A stretch of DNA of 64,000 nt from a virus (Duplodnaviria; Caudoviricetes). The stretch lies in the IMG/VR virus record IMGVR_UViG_3300006045_001036, one strand, 5' to 3'. Under the pieces are notes generated by a model. It saw only the letters and a list, made by a program, of their open reading frames with translations. It made no database searches and was not told the origin of the DNA. Made by a program: the position numbers and the translations under genes. This document shows, piece by piece, positions 8,907 through 19,149 of this stretch; position 1 is the first letter of the stretch, and every line of letters begins with the position of its first letter.

Positions 8907-11507
8907 TTATGCCGTGATACTCTCAAAATCAGGGTGGTTAAAATCTTCAGCTCTTACTTCAATGTTATCGAATTGCTCTGCTGTCAAACGTATGTCATCG
9001 AATTGTTGAGCAGTTATCGGATTAAAACAATACTCAGGTAAAGGATTTTTGATTTCTTTGTAGAAAGTATCTACAACCCTAAACACACCTGGAGCAACTT
9101 CCTGTTTTTTATCGTGAATTGTTATGTGATACCCCTCGGGAACTGATTCGAATTGTTCGGGTACCCATCCTTGTCCTCCGAGGTCAACAGGGTCTCCCCA
9201 GTTGAAACCATCTGCGGTTATGTCAAAATTCCTGAAATTTGAAGCAGTCAAACCAAGGTCATCAAACTCCTGAGCAGTAATCGGATTAAACTGCGAAGAA
9301 TACGCAAGCGGGAAAGAAATTATATTTCCGTCCCCAGCCCCTTCGCTACACTCACAAGGCTCTGTACATACTTTTTCTCCGTTGTAGAATAATCCTTCAT
9401 CGCCGTGTGCTTGTAAATCTGAATCACCGACCATAAGGAAGTAGGGGTCTCCGTCAACTTTCTTTGGAATATTATTTGGTGTGCCTTGACTTAAATCAGT
9501 CGCATTATAATCATGGAAAATCTCATCACTTCTCCGCATAATAAAGCGAGAAGAGTTTTGAATATCTACTATAGAGCTGTCAAGAACAGACAGGAACGGA
9601 CTTCCTTTGGTATAATGTTGCCAATGTCTTGAAGGCAAACGATGCTCAAAATTGTTAATAGGAGAATATTCGCCGTCCATTATGAATTTAGCGTTACAGT
9701 GCATAACTGACTGAGTGTTGTCGCCATGCAGTAACCGTGTATTTCCGCCGAGTGATACAAGTGTGTTTTCGTGGAAGAAAACCCTTGCCTCGTTGTGAAG
9801 TGCTAATATTGAAGCTCCTGTCAAATGCAGATTTGAAATATCGTGCATGGAAAATTTCGATTGTCCCGACATACTCAATATCGCACTATTGTTGAGATTT
9901 AATTTCGCACCATCTGTCATAGCAAACTGAGTAGAATTATTCATGGCGAAATGTGCAGAATCCGTCATGTGTAGTTGTGAACTTCCCATCAGGGTTTGGC
10001 GAGCGTAGTTACCCATATGGAATTCTGACCAGTCAATCATAGACTTTCGTGCGTAATGAGACATATAGGATGAAGACCGTCCGTACATCTCCATCTTTGT
10101 CTCAGTATATGAGTGACCGCTTCCACCAGCCATCAAGTCTGAACGCATGATAATTCGTGCATCTCCGACCATTGCCTGATAAGGACTATTACCGCTCGGC
10201 AACGGAAGCGAAAAAGGATAATCAGAATCCATACTCCTTCCCCGCATAACAAACCGTGAATAGTCGTGCATTTCCGAATGTGAATTTCCTGTCATTTGCA
10301 GAAAAGCATGGTTCTGCATATAAGTTCTTGACCACTCTTCAAGGTGGAGACGAGAGAAACCGCTAATATTAACAACTACTCGACCAGCTCCGCCGTTTCC
10401 GTCTCCGTCCCAGCCACCGCCGATTTTAACACTGGTTGCCCCTCTTAAATGTAATCGTGTCTTTCCCTGACCCCCGTGTTCGTCTGTTGTTCCGTTAAGG
10501 TAATCAACCTCGTTTCCAATAACTATATCGGCATCCGCATTAATCGCCATCTTTGCGTTTCTTGTCATGGTGAAATCTATTGTGTCGTGTAGGTGCATTT
10601 TTGCCGCACCTGTCATAACAAAGTCGATAATATCGTGTAAGTTGATGTAAGGACTGCCTGTGATGTTAAGTGTTGGAGAGCCGTGGAAACTGAATTTACC
10701 GCTTCCACTTGCTTGCCAATTTACTTCATCTGCAAACACCAGCTTTGCTCTGCCGTTAAGAGTTAAGGAAGTATCATCCCATGAAATGTTGTCCCAATCC
10801 CCATATCCTCCCGCTATTACAACGTGCAGGGGAGCGAGATGTAGCATCCCGCCTTTTAACATGATTTCGCCTGTTGTTGCGTGGAATCGAGACTCTCCGT
10901 GCATAAACATTTCTGCACCGCCCGACATAGCGAACCGTGCATTGTATTTAGGTATTTGCGGTTTTCCCCAGTCTTCGATACTTGACGGTGGAGTTGTTTC
11001 AAAAGCTTCAATGTTAATACTTCCCGCTTGACCAAAAATCATTAAATCGTCAAGCGTGGAATATTCGCCGTACATTCCGGCTTTAGGGCTGTAAGACCAG
11101 TATCCCGAATTGTATACAAGGGTTTCGGCAGGGCGGATTTTTCCCCATACTCCGCTGTCTTTTACCTGACCTTTATCGTCGAAGGTTGCAATAATATTTT
11201 CCCGAGCCGACGGAACGAGCTTCATAAATAATAAATCGTTCAGCTTGGCAAGCCGACGAAGCAGAATAATATTGAAATTTGTATCATCAATATCATACCT
11301 GTCTTCTTGGAATGGTGCGAGAAGAAGGTCTAAGTATTGACTCTGCCATTCTAATATCTGCTCAAACTGTTCTGCAGAAAACGGAGGTTCAGGCAGCTCG
11401 GGCAGTTTCGCATCAATATCATCATGACGTGAAACTATGGTACTTTCGATATTAGTCGGGTCGAGCGGTTTATTAATCGCTTTATGGCGGATTATATTCC
11501 TGTTCAT
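8907..11507 (-). CDS. Beta-helical tail spike/fibre protein with octapeptide repeats
   Basis: About 17 consecutive 8-residue units (MTDSAHFA MNNSTQFA MTDGAKLN ...); duplicated C-terminal FNPITAQxFDD motif. Confidence 0.6.
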   Translation of the reverse strand: MNRNIIRHKAINKPLDPTNIESTIVSRHDDIDAKLPELPEPPFSAEQFEQILEWQSQYLDLLLAPFQEDRYDIDDTNFNIILLRRLAKLNDLLFMKLVPSARENIIATFDDKGQVKDSGVWGKIRPAETLVYNSGYWSYSPKAGMYGEYSTLDDLMIFGQAGSINIEAFETTPPSSIEDWGKPQIPKYNARFAMSGGAEMFMHGESRFHATTGEIMLKGGMLHLAPLHVVIAGGYGDWDNISWDDTSLTLNGRAKLVFADEVNWQASGSGKFSFHGSPTLNITGSPYINLHDIIDFVMTGAAKMHLHDTIDFTMTRNAKMAINADADIVIGNEVDYLNGTTDEHGGQGKTRLHLRGATSVKIGGGWDGDGNGGAGRVVVNISGFSRLHLEEWSRTYMQNHAFLQMTGNSHSEMHDYSRFVMRGRSMDSDYPFSLPLPSGNSPYQAMVGDARIIMRSDLMAGGSGHSYTETKMEMYGRSSSYMSHYARKSMIDWSEFHMGNYARQTLMGSSQLHMTDSAHFAMNNSTQFAMTDGAKLNLNNSAILSMSGQSKFSMHDISNLHLTGASILALHNEARVFFHENTLVSLGGNTRLLHGDNTQSVMHCNAKFIMDGEYSPINNFEHRLPSRHWQHYTKGSPFLSVLDSSIVDIQNSSRFIMRRSDEIFHDYNATDLSQGTPNNIPKKVDGDPYFLMVGDSDLQAHGDEGLFYNGEKVCTEPCECSEGAGDGNIISFPLAYSSQFNPITAQEFDDLGLTASNFRNFDITADGFNWGDPVDLGGQGWVPEQFESVPEGYHITIHDKKQEVAPGVFRVVDTFYKEIKNPLPEYCFNPITAQQFDDIRLTAEQFDNIEVRAEDFNHPDFESITA

Positions 11508-11527
11508 AATTACTCCTTAAACAAAAA

Positions 11528-11558
11528 TGAAGAACTGTATCGAGTTTACAGTTCTTCA
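11528..11558 (-). terminator. Intrinsic terminator of the Fic gene
   Basis: 12 bp inverted repeat TGAAGAACTGTA/TACAGTTCTTCA followed by a T-run on the minus strand. Confidence 0.75.
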
Positions 11559-11598
11559 CGAGTTTTGTTAGAGTTAAGAGGGTGTCTTAATAAAAACT

Positions 11599-12768
11599 TC
11601 AATCGAGATAATCAAGATTCAGAGAGTAGTAGTTAACCCGATTAAGTGTCTTCTTAATTATTAAATCAGGGGAAACAGACGACAATTCTTTCAACCTTTT
11701 TGATACGGTAGAGTCGCTGATTCCACAATCCTTTGCTATATCATATCGTGAAACTCCGTCGTCTGAAAACAATGTTGCTTGTAGCAACGTATAACACAAT
11801 TGATTGTCGCTGAAAAGATTCTCTATCCGCTCTGCATACGCTTTTAACTTAGACAATCGAGTTTCTAATGCCTCTATTAAATTCAATGTCGAGGTTTCAA
11901 CGATATCCAAGAACATACAGATAAACGGCGTCAAATCACCCTTGCTTTTTGCATCGTTACAAATTTCAAAAGACTTGTAGTATTTGTTAATGTTCTCTTT
12001 AATTGCATAAGACAGTCGATATCCTACAATGCTCTCCAGCTCGTTGGCAAGAATATAACTGCTGATAAATCGGCTCGTTCTTCCGTTACCGTCATAGAAT
12101 GGATGAATATATCCAAACAAATAATGAAATACTGCAATGCGAAATAAGATGTTAATGCTTTTGTTATCAAGAATTTCTATTGCCTTTGTCATGTATTCGC
12201 ATATCTTAGTTTCAGGCGAAACTCCTGTGTGGATTTCTTTGTCGGTGACTGTGTGAACGCTAACACTTTCTTTTCTGAAAATCTTTCCGTCAGGTTTATC
12301 GGTTACTTCGTCTCCGACAAGTTCATCATATACTTGCCGAACATCGTCACAAGATTCGAGAAATAACATCTCTTCTTCCATCATGTTATATCGGTTTACA
12401 AGACCTTGAAATCTTTGTTTCTTTTTCGGATTTTTCAAAACCTTGTCGATTTCTTTCCTTGTACTGCGAATACCCTCAATATTATTAGTAAGCATCACTT
12501 CATCGAACAAACACTTATTCAGATATTGTTTCAATGCCGATTCGGGGAGTTCTGCACGCAAAGAAGCTATTGTTTTGTCATTTTTTCGTATACGGTCAAC
12601 CTTTTCATATAGAGTAGGTTCACGCATGAAGAACGCTTCGTTTGTGCCGATGTTTACCCCTAACTTAACAGCATAATCGCTGTTGAATCTATCTTCATAT
12701 AATTGGCGATAGCGTTCAGTATCTTTGTAAAACAGCTTGTTTAACTGTTCATAAGACATAAATTTCAC
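11599..12768 (-). CDS. Fic-domain protein with C-terminal HTH
   Basis: Canonical HPFYDGNGRTSR motif; inhibitory TNNIEG motif; terminal HTH. Confidence 0.93.
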   Translation of the reverse strand: MKFMSYEQLNKLFYKDTERYRQLYEDRFNSDYAVKLGVNIGTNEAFFMREPTLYEKVDRIRKNDKTIASLRAELPESALKQYLNKCLFDEVMLTNNIEGIRSTRKEIDKVLKNPKKKQRFQGLVNRYNMMEEEMLFLESCDDVRQVYDELVGDEVTDKPDGKIFRKESVSVHTVTDKEIHTGVSPETKICEYMTKAIEILDNKSINILFRIAVFHYLFGYIHPFYDGNGRTSRFISSYILANELESIVGYRLSYAIKENINKYYKSFEICNDAKSKGDLTPFICMFLDIVETSTLNLIEALETRLSKLKAYAERIENLFSDNQLCYTLLQATLFSDDGVSRYDIAKDCGISDSTVSKRLKELSSVSPDLIIKKTLNRVNYYSLNLDYLD

Positions 12769-12847
12769 CTCTTTGGTTAAAAACGATATTTATTAGTTTG
12801 TTTTGTCGATTATTGCAATGTCTTTTGCAAAAACGCTTGTTTTTACT

Positions 12848-12876
12848 ATCATAACACAATAAATGCCGAATGTCAA
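12848..12876 (-). promoter_or_regulatory. sigmaA promoter of the Fic gene
   Basis: TTGACA-17 nt-TATGAT. Confidence 0.8.
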
Positions 12877-12892
12877 GATGTTTTCGCACCTG

Positions 12893-14218
12893 TTAAATAT
12901 CATCCTCTGTCGCAGGAAAACGCTGAATATAATTAGGTATTTCATCCTCTGCCGAGCCGTTAACGTAAACCGCTTGTTGAAATTCGTAGGTGTTTCCTCT
13001 GTATCGCCATGTCAGATATACCGCTATTCGGTCTCCTGCTTCACGAAGCTTATCACCGTAAATCCGTATTGCTTTCGAGCCGTCAGGGTTTGTTGATACT
13101 GCTGACACAGCGAGACAGGAAGTCATCTGTGTTGCAATACCGTCACCGCCTGACTGTCTGCCCGATTTAACGTCTGATTGAGAGCGGTTTTCTTGCATTA
13201 CTCCGATAAGAGCGAGATGATGCTTAGTACACAACTGCTTGAGCTTTATCCCGAGTTCACGCTGTTCACCCCAGTCTTTTTGGTCTTTAACCATGAGATA
13301 AATACCGTCTATGAAGAGAACACCGATATTGTTGTCAAGACAAAATTGTTCTACGGTTTCTACACTTGTTCCGTGTTCAAGGAAGCTCACGAAAATGTCA
13401 CCCATTTCTCCTGTCGGGTCTTCAAAAGGGTTATCGTCACCGATATTAAACCGTGCTTCTTTCTCCTGTGTCAGTATGCGGAGAGCCATACGGCGGATAG
13501 ACAACTCGGGAGACATCACTGCCACATTCCGCTTGTCTAACGCTCGCTGTTGTGCCGAGCGGATTGCTGCCTGTATCATCTTCATCAGGAGGAATGTTTT
13601 ACCGTCTCCTGTGCGTCCTTGGATAATGAGAAATTCTTCTTCTGAGAAATACCCGCATTCTGGGTTATCTTCAGTCCACCACAGAGCGTCTACAGCCAAA
13701 ATACCTGTACTCTGGCGGGGAGGGTCTTCGTATTCTAACAGTTTGTTTACAGCGTCTGTATCTCTGAGATTGACGGTTTCCATCTGTACCGCCGTCTTCT
13801 CTTGCTTATTTATAACTTCTTGAACCCGCTCAAATTCTTTCTTCGGGTCTTTGGAAAAATCAATAGATAGTTCGCCGAGTCGATTATAGTAGAATTCTGT
13901 TTCGAGGTCTTGCGTGATTTTGCCAAGAAGCTCAGGGTTTGCGATAGCAGGGCTGAGATTGATTTCATAGGTTTGGTTTAATTCGTCAAGATTTAGCGGA
14001 GTTTTGCTTTTGTGTGAGTTAATGATAACACTACCGACCGCTTGTAGTTTCGGGTCAATTAAATTTGCATATTGTGAAATATCAATATCAGCGTTGACCG
14101 CCAAAGCGAGAAGTGCAAGGGTTTTAGCGTATCGGGGAGTGTCTTTAACAATCGGTGTTTCTTGAGTAGGATTGGTTTGAACAGAGTTAGCTTGAACAGG
14201 GGCGGTTTGGTTATCCAT
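12893..14218 (-). CDS. DnaB-like (SF4) replicative helicase
   Basis: STGI...D, Walker A GRTGDGKT, SPE, Walker B LFIDGIYLM, QENR, KLRE motifs. Confidence 0.85.
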   Translation of the reverse strand: MDNQTAPVQANSVQTNPTQETPIVKDTPRYAKTLALLALAVNADIDISQYANLIDPKLQAVGSVIINSHKSKTPLNLDELNQTYEINLSPAIANPELLGKITQDLETEFYYNRLGELSIDFSKDPKKEFERVQEVINKQEKTAVQMETVNLRDTDAVNKLLEYEDPPRQSTGILAVDALWWTEDNPECGYFSEEEFLIIQGRTGDGKTFLLMKMIQAAIRSAQQRALDKRNVAVMSPELSIRRMALRILTQEKEARFNIGDDNPFEDPTGEMGDIFVSFLEHGTSVETVEQFCLDNNIGVLFIDGIYLMVKDQKDWGEQRELGIKLKQLCTKHHLALIGVMQENRSQSDVKSGRQSGGDGIATQMTSCLAVSAVSTNPDGSKAIRIYGDKLREAGDRIAVYLTWRYRGNTYEFQQAVYVNGSAEDEIPNYIQRFPATEDDI

Positions 14219-15641
14219 TTCGATTACCTCCTTCCCTTGTTAGAACTATTGTCCTTCTATGCGAAAACGCTCGTGAGGTTGCCGCACTACGTACAGTAGA
14301 AAGCTGGTTTTCAGTGCTTGCTCCGTAGACAATCAATACAGGAGTTTCGGCAAGTGTGTCTGCATTACTTCGACGTATGATTTCTGAAATTCCTAAAACC
14401 TCGGTTCTCTGTTTCCACACCCGACTCAAGAAATGAGCGAGAGCAGTAATTGTTTCAGCGTTCTGAGGTTCGGGAACATAAACAGCCGTGTCATCGTTCA
14501 TAAGGATATTTTGAACAAGCGGGGAAAGTTCTTTGTCATTGTACCGCTTGGGGTTGCTTAAATTTGCATAACCGAGAGAAGGACAAGTTCGACATTCAAA
14601 GTATGTGGGATTTAGTACAGGACAATTTGGGCATTTCATCTGTATTCCCTCGGTGAATGGCGGTTTACCCGCTCTCTGGTAAAGAAGCAATCTACCTGTT
14701 TGCGGTTTTACCGATTCGGTGTATGCTTTACGAGCGGTTAAAAACTGCGAAGGTGTGCCTTTGTGCGGGTGGAGTAATGCCATATAGGGTTTGATTACCG
14801 CTCCTAAAACCACGTGTTTTTCGACCCATTGAGCGACTTCGGGGACAAGACGCAGATTTAAGTCTTGACACTGGTTAATCGCCCAAAGAAAGAAAAAGAA
14901 CTGGTCTGACGGAGAGTTTGAAGAGAACTCCATGTCAATATCCACAACACTCGGTTTTCCTGTCGCTGTTGAAACAGTTTGTTTTAGAGCGTTGTGTTTG
15001 TTTAAAACGTATACGTTGTACCCGAGGAATGGGTAGCGATAAGCGACTTTCTCTAAATCTTCAACACCATAGTCGAGGCATTCGTTGATATCGGGAAGCC
15101 ATATATCTCCGATTTGAACAGCGTTGTCCTTACCCAGTGCCGAATACGGCGGTTGCGGTGTTTTAGGAATAAGCCGTTGCACATATGTAACACTTTCCGT
15201 ACCTGTGAAATTACATTGATGTGTCGGGTTAGGTGAAAACGGTACTGTACCAAACAACTCGGGCGGTGTGATTTTCTGCACCTTAGTTGTTTTAGACAGC
15301 AGAGTTTTAGGCGGGGTTGATACAACTGTGTAAGATGGTTGTGGTTTAGCGTTCGGGGTTATTGAAACCGATTGAACTTTTTTCGGAGTTAGGGGTTTTT
15401 CGAAAGCCTCTTCGTCTATTTCGCCGTCTTGCCGCTCTTCCCACACATCTAACATCAGTCTGAGGTTGTCGCCGTCTATTTCTTTGTTTTCGACCATTTC
15501 AAAGAAATTACCACACTCGTCTTCTGACATAGCGAGGAATCGTTTTAACACCATACCGTCAGCCGACCGATGAAGAGAGTCTCTTACTTTCCTATGAACA
15601 TTGAGTGCGGTTATTCGCTTTTTCAAATCTTTTGCATTCAT
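14211..15641 (-). CDS. Replication-associated protein, possibly degenerate primase-polymerase/loader
   Basis: Coupled to the helicase gene; TATGKPSVVDID resembles the Prim-Pol motif; CPNC..CRTC Zn site. Confidence 0.4.
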   Translation of the reverse strand: MNAKDLKKRITALNVHRKVRDSLHRSADGMVLKRFLAMSEDECGNFFEMVENKEIDGDNLRLMLDVWEERQDGEIDEEAFEKPLTPKKVQSVSITPNAKPQPSYTVVSTPPKTLLSKTTKVQKITPPELFGTVPFSPNPTHQCNFTGTESVTYVQRLIPKTPQPPYSALGKDNAVQIGDIWLPDINECLDYGVEDLEKVAYRYPFLGYNVYVLNKHNALKQTVSTATGKPSVVDIDMEFSSNSPSDQFFFFLWAINQCQDLNLRLVPEVAQWVEKHVVLGAVIKPYMALLHPHKGTPSQFLTARKAYTESVKPQTGRLLLYQRAGKPPFTEGIQMKCPNCPVLNPTYFECRTCPSLGYANLSNPKRYNDKELSPLVQNILMNDDTAVYVPEPQNAETITALAHFLSRVWKQRTEVLGISEIIRRSNADTLAETPVLIVYGASTENQLSTVRSAATSRAFSHRRTIVLTREGGNRNG

Positions 15642-15712
15642 TAAGACACTCCTTTCATTCATTGTTAGAGCGGGAGAAGCAGATTCTCCCGCTAATAAAA
15701 TAATGCGTTTGT

Positions 15713-17176
15713 CTATGAAACCAACCCTTGTCCGCTTGCCATCTTTCTATAGTCGTCGTTCGAGAATTTCGCCAGTTGTTGCTTACCCTCAACAGCTCTG
15801 AAAACAGCGTAATCGACTGACTTCTCGACAAGTAAGTAATAATACGTACACTTTTCTTTCTGTCCGTTTCGGTGCGTTCTACATTTTGCTTGGTCGAACG
15901 ACACATAGGAGTAGTCGAAAGAGTAGAAGATAGTGATATGAGCTTGGGTAAGCGTTATACACTCTGACGCTGCTTTGATTTGCCCGATAAACAGTAACAT
16001 ATCATCGTCTTGCTGCATACCGTCTTCAATCCTTGTCCTCTCTTCTGCGGATACTCCGCCGTGGATAACTCCGTATTTCACTTTCATTTTCTTCGCAAGC
16101 TCTTCTATTGCCGCAATCTCGGCTCGGAATCGGACGAAAACACAAACCTTTTGCCGAGAGGAAAACGCTTCTTCGAGCAATCCTTCGAGAGCTTCTAATT
16201 TCGCTGTACTGGCTTGATGCTCAAATTTAACGTCGTTTTCGTCTTTACCGACGTGAAAACCTCCACATAACTGTGACAGTCGGAGCAGACGCTCAAGAAC
16301 ATTCTGTGATACTTGCGTATTTACGGTCTGAAGCTCTGCCGTATCTTGTTTAACGAGCTTTTCATACAGTCGTCGAGCAGAGGGTTCGAGTGCGATAGGG
16401 ACAATATTATGTGACACATCAGGCAAGTCGAGGGCTTCGTCTTTTGTGACCCGCATACAAGCTGAGTGCATTTTGGCAAGTATCTTAGACATGGTTAGTT
16501 TGTTCTTGACTTTCCACGTATATCCGCCGTAACCGACCTGCATAAAGTTGGCTTTTCTCCAAGCATAGAACTTGTCGCCATAGATAGACGAATCCATGTA
16601 CTGATACTGGGAAAAGATATCCATGACCGAGTTCGTTATAGCAGTCCCCGTCAACAGAAGATTAAAACGGCTTGCTGCCCCAATCACGTGCATTCGCTTA
16701 CTCTGTTGTGTTGTCGGGGTCTTCATCTTATGACCTTCGTCAGCGATAACCGCATCGTACTTCAATCCCCACTTCTCAATATTCTTGAGAATATCATAGT
16801 TGATTACGTAGATGACAAGTTTTCCGTTATAACAAGTCTGCGGATAAATCGTTGACTTGCTGTCGAGAACTTGAACATGAACAGGAACATTCAAGAATTT
16901 TGCTATCTCACGTTTCCATACCCCGAGAGCAGTTTTCGGACATACGACCAACCCAGTTTTAATAAGCCCTGCTTTATATAACACAGCCCACGTATAAATT
17001 GCCGTCAAACTTTTCCCTGTCCCCATCTCAAATAAATATGCAAACCCCCGATAGTTTTGGAAACGCTGTAAAGCCTTTTCCACTCCTTCAAGCTGGTGAG
17101 TCATCATCTTGCCGTCTGTAAGGTTCTCAACTTTGATAAGGTCGGTGTAAGGGAAAGCGTCTATGATTCTTGCCAT
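15713..17176 (-). CDS. SNF2-family (SF2) helicase
   Basis: EMGTGKS, DEGH, LLTGT, QAKCRTHRNGQ motifs. Confidence 0.93.
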   Translation of the reverse strand: MARIIDAFPYTDLIKVENLTDGKMMTHQLEGVEKALQRFQNYRGFAYLFEMGTGKSLTAIYTWAVLYKAGLIKTGLVVCPKTALGVWKREIAKFLNVPVHVQVLDSKSTIYPQTCYNGKLVIYVINYDILKNIEKWGLKYDAVIADEGHKMKTPTTQQSKRMHVIGAASRFNLLLTGTAITNSVMDIFSQYQYMDSSIYGDKFYAWRKANFMQVGYGGYTWKVKNKLTMSKILAKMHSACMRVTKDEALDLPDVSHNIVPIALEPSARRLYEKLVKQDTAELQTVNTQVSQNVLERLLRLSQLCGGFHVGKDENDVKFEHQASTAKLEALEGLLEEAFSSRQKVCVFVRFRAEIAAIEELAKKMKVKYGVIHGGVSAEERTRIEDGMQQDDDMLLFIGQIKAASECITLTQAHITIFYSFDYSYVSFDQAKCRTHRNGQKEKCTYYYLLVEKSVDYAVFRAVEGKQQLAKFSNDDYRKMASGQGLVS

Positions 17177-17187
17177 AGCTATTCTCC

Positions 17188-18627
17188 CTATTTTCTCGGT
17201 TTCTTCTTGGACACGAGTTTCATTTGATTTTCAGGTTTCTCAATAGGAACTGCTTCCGAGTTTTCAGCAACATCGTTTACTCCGAGCGGTTCTTGTAGCT
17301 CCATATCCGTATCTGTAATGGGTTTCCCTGTAATGTATTCCATCTGCTCACGAGTCAAAGCGTCTATAACACAACCGTTGTTTTCGAGTATTGACCGAGC
17401 GACCGCAGCATCCACTTGCTGAGGAACTTGTAGAATTCCCGCTATCCGAGCTTCAGGCGGTGCGTTCGGAGGTAATTGAGCTTTGAAATCATTCTTGGCA
17501 ATAAACTGAGCGGAAAGGGTTTGGAGAGTGAAAGACACGTCCATGATTTCGGCGGGGTGTCCGTCTCCCGAAGCCAAGTTCACTAACCGTCCGTCTGCCA
17601 GAATATCAATCCGCTTGTTTGTTCCATCGGCGTCCTCGATAACGTAACCGTGTACATTAGGACGAAGTTCATCGTGTTCAATACACATATCTTTAAGACC
17701 TGCGACATCAACCTCACAATCAAAATGACCTGCGTTACAACAGACTGCTCCGTGTTTCATAAGTATAAAGTGTTCGGGCGTAATAACGTCCTTGCACCCT
17801 GTTACCGTGATGAAGAAGTCACCGTACTTCGCTGCTTGGTTCATAGACATAACCGTAAAACCGTCCATCATTGCTTCAAGAGCGGGAAGGTGTTGAACCT
17901 CGGTCACAATAACTTGCATTCCGAGACCTTTAGCTCTCATAGCGACACCTTTACCGCAGTTGCCGTAACCAGCAACAACCGCCGTCTTACCCACAAGCGA
18001 TAAGTTTGTAGTCGCAGTAATCGCAGTCCACACCGACTGACCTGTTCCGTATCGGTTATCACAGAGATTTTTACACACGGCATCATTAACAGCGACCATA
18101 GGGAACATCAGTTTCTTTGCTTGTTGCAAAGCAATAAGCCGAGTTATTCCTGTGGTTGTTTCTTCGCAACCACCTTTGACATTTGCGGCGATTTCGGTAA
18201 AAGCTTCGTCATTGTGAAGAATATCGAGCAAATCCCCTCCATCGTCAATTACAATGTCGGGAGCGTGTTTTAAGACGGCTTTTAAGTCCTCGACATATTG
18301 TTCTCCAGAACAGTTGTGTGAGGCATAAACCGTCATTCCCTGAGCAACCAACGCTGCCGCAACATCATCTTGAGTTGACAAGGGGTTAGAGCCTGCAATG
18401 TACATATCCGCCCCGCCAGCTTTCAGGACTTCGCACAGTCGGGCAGTCTTGGCTTCAAGATGAATACAAAGGGCTATTTTCATCCCTTTGAACGACATAT
18501 CTTGCATTAAACCGACTTCGGTTTCTTTGAGTAAGGGCATATGCTCCCCAACCCACCGTATTTTCTTCGTCCCATCTTGGACGGCTTGAGCGTACTTCTC
18601 GTGGTCTTGACCGTAAGTGATTCTCAT
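17188..18627 (-). CDS. ahcY: S-adenosylhomocysteine hydrolase
   Basis: HMP, HLEAKTA, SNPLSTQDDVAAAL, DDGGDL, EETTTG, DNRYGTGQS, GYGNCGKG, GRLVNL..GDGHPAEIMD; ATG 18627 after AAGGAG. Confidence 0.97.
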   Translation of the reverse strand: MRITYGQDHEKYAQAVQDGTKKIRWVGEHMPLLKETEVGLMQDMSFKGMKIALCIHLEAKTARLCEVLKAGGADMYIAGSNPLSTQDDVAAALVAQGMTVYASHNCSGEQYVEDLKAVLKHAPDIVIDDGGDLLDILHNDEAFTEIAANVKGGCEETTTGITRLIALQQAKKLMFPMVAVNDAVCKNLCDNRYGTGQSVWTAITATTNLSLVGKTAVVAGYGNCGKGVAMRAKGLGMQVIVTEVQHLPALEAMMDGFTVMSMNQAAKYGDFFITVTGCKDVITPEHFILMKHGAVCCNAGHFDCEVDVAGLKDMCIEHDELRPNVHGYVIEDADGTNKRIDILADGRLVNLASGDGHPAEIMDVSFTLQTLSAQFIAKNDFKAQLPPNAPPEARIAGILQVPQQVDAAVARSILENNGCVIDALTREQMEYITGKPITDTDMELQEPLGVNDVAENSEAVPIEKPENQMKLVSKKKPRK

Positions 18628-18638
18628 TCGGATTCTCC

Positions 18639-19118
18639 TTAGTTTTGTGGTTTTATACAGACTGGTTTGATTTCTGACTGGACGGCTTTCGAAATCGCAT
18701 TGTTCTTCGGTGTACGACATTTGATATTAAACTCGGGGTGGTCTTCCCAACGCAATGATTTCTTTTCCTCCCGCTCAATACGAAAGAGTTCTTCCGCAGG
18801 TATCCACTTAACACCTCTGTCGGTGTAACCAAAGACTACAACGCCAAACACATTGTTTTCAGATGATTTCGGCGTTAATGTATCAAGCTGACAGTTTCGT
18901 TGGTGTTGGGTTAAGGCGGAAAAATCGAGGCGGTCTTTAGTCGTACACTTGACCTCGATAAGATAGACTTCACCCTTGATGACGGCGAGAAAATCACCGT
19001 CATTGACCGACCCTGCGTATCCGCTCTGCTGGTCGTGGAACCGAAATACCGTGTATCCCTTCTTTTCAAGATACTTCTTGAGATAATTCTGCATTTGAGT
19101 ACCGTGGTCTTGTTTCAT
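18639..19118 (-). CDS. PD-(D/E)XK nuclease, RecU/Hjc-like Holliday junction resolvase
   Basis: GDFLAV...LIEVKCT..RLDFSALTQHQ. Confidence 0.8.
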   Translation of the reverse strand: MKQDHGTQMQNYLKKYLEKKGYTVFRFHDQQSGYAGSVNDGDFLAVIKGEVYLIEVKCTTKDRLDFSALTQHQRNCQLDTLTPKSSENNVFGVVVFGYTDRGVKWIPAEELFRIEREEKKSLRWEDHPEFNIKCRTPKNNAISKAVQSEIKPVCIKPQN

Positions 19119-19149
19119 AATCAGACTCCTGTAGGTCTTAAATAAATGC

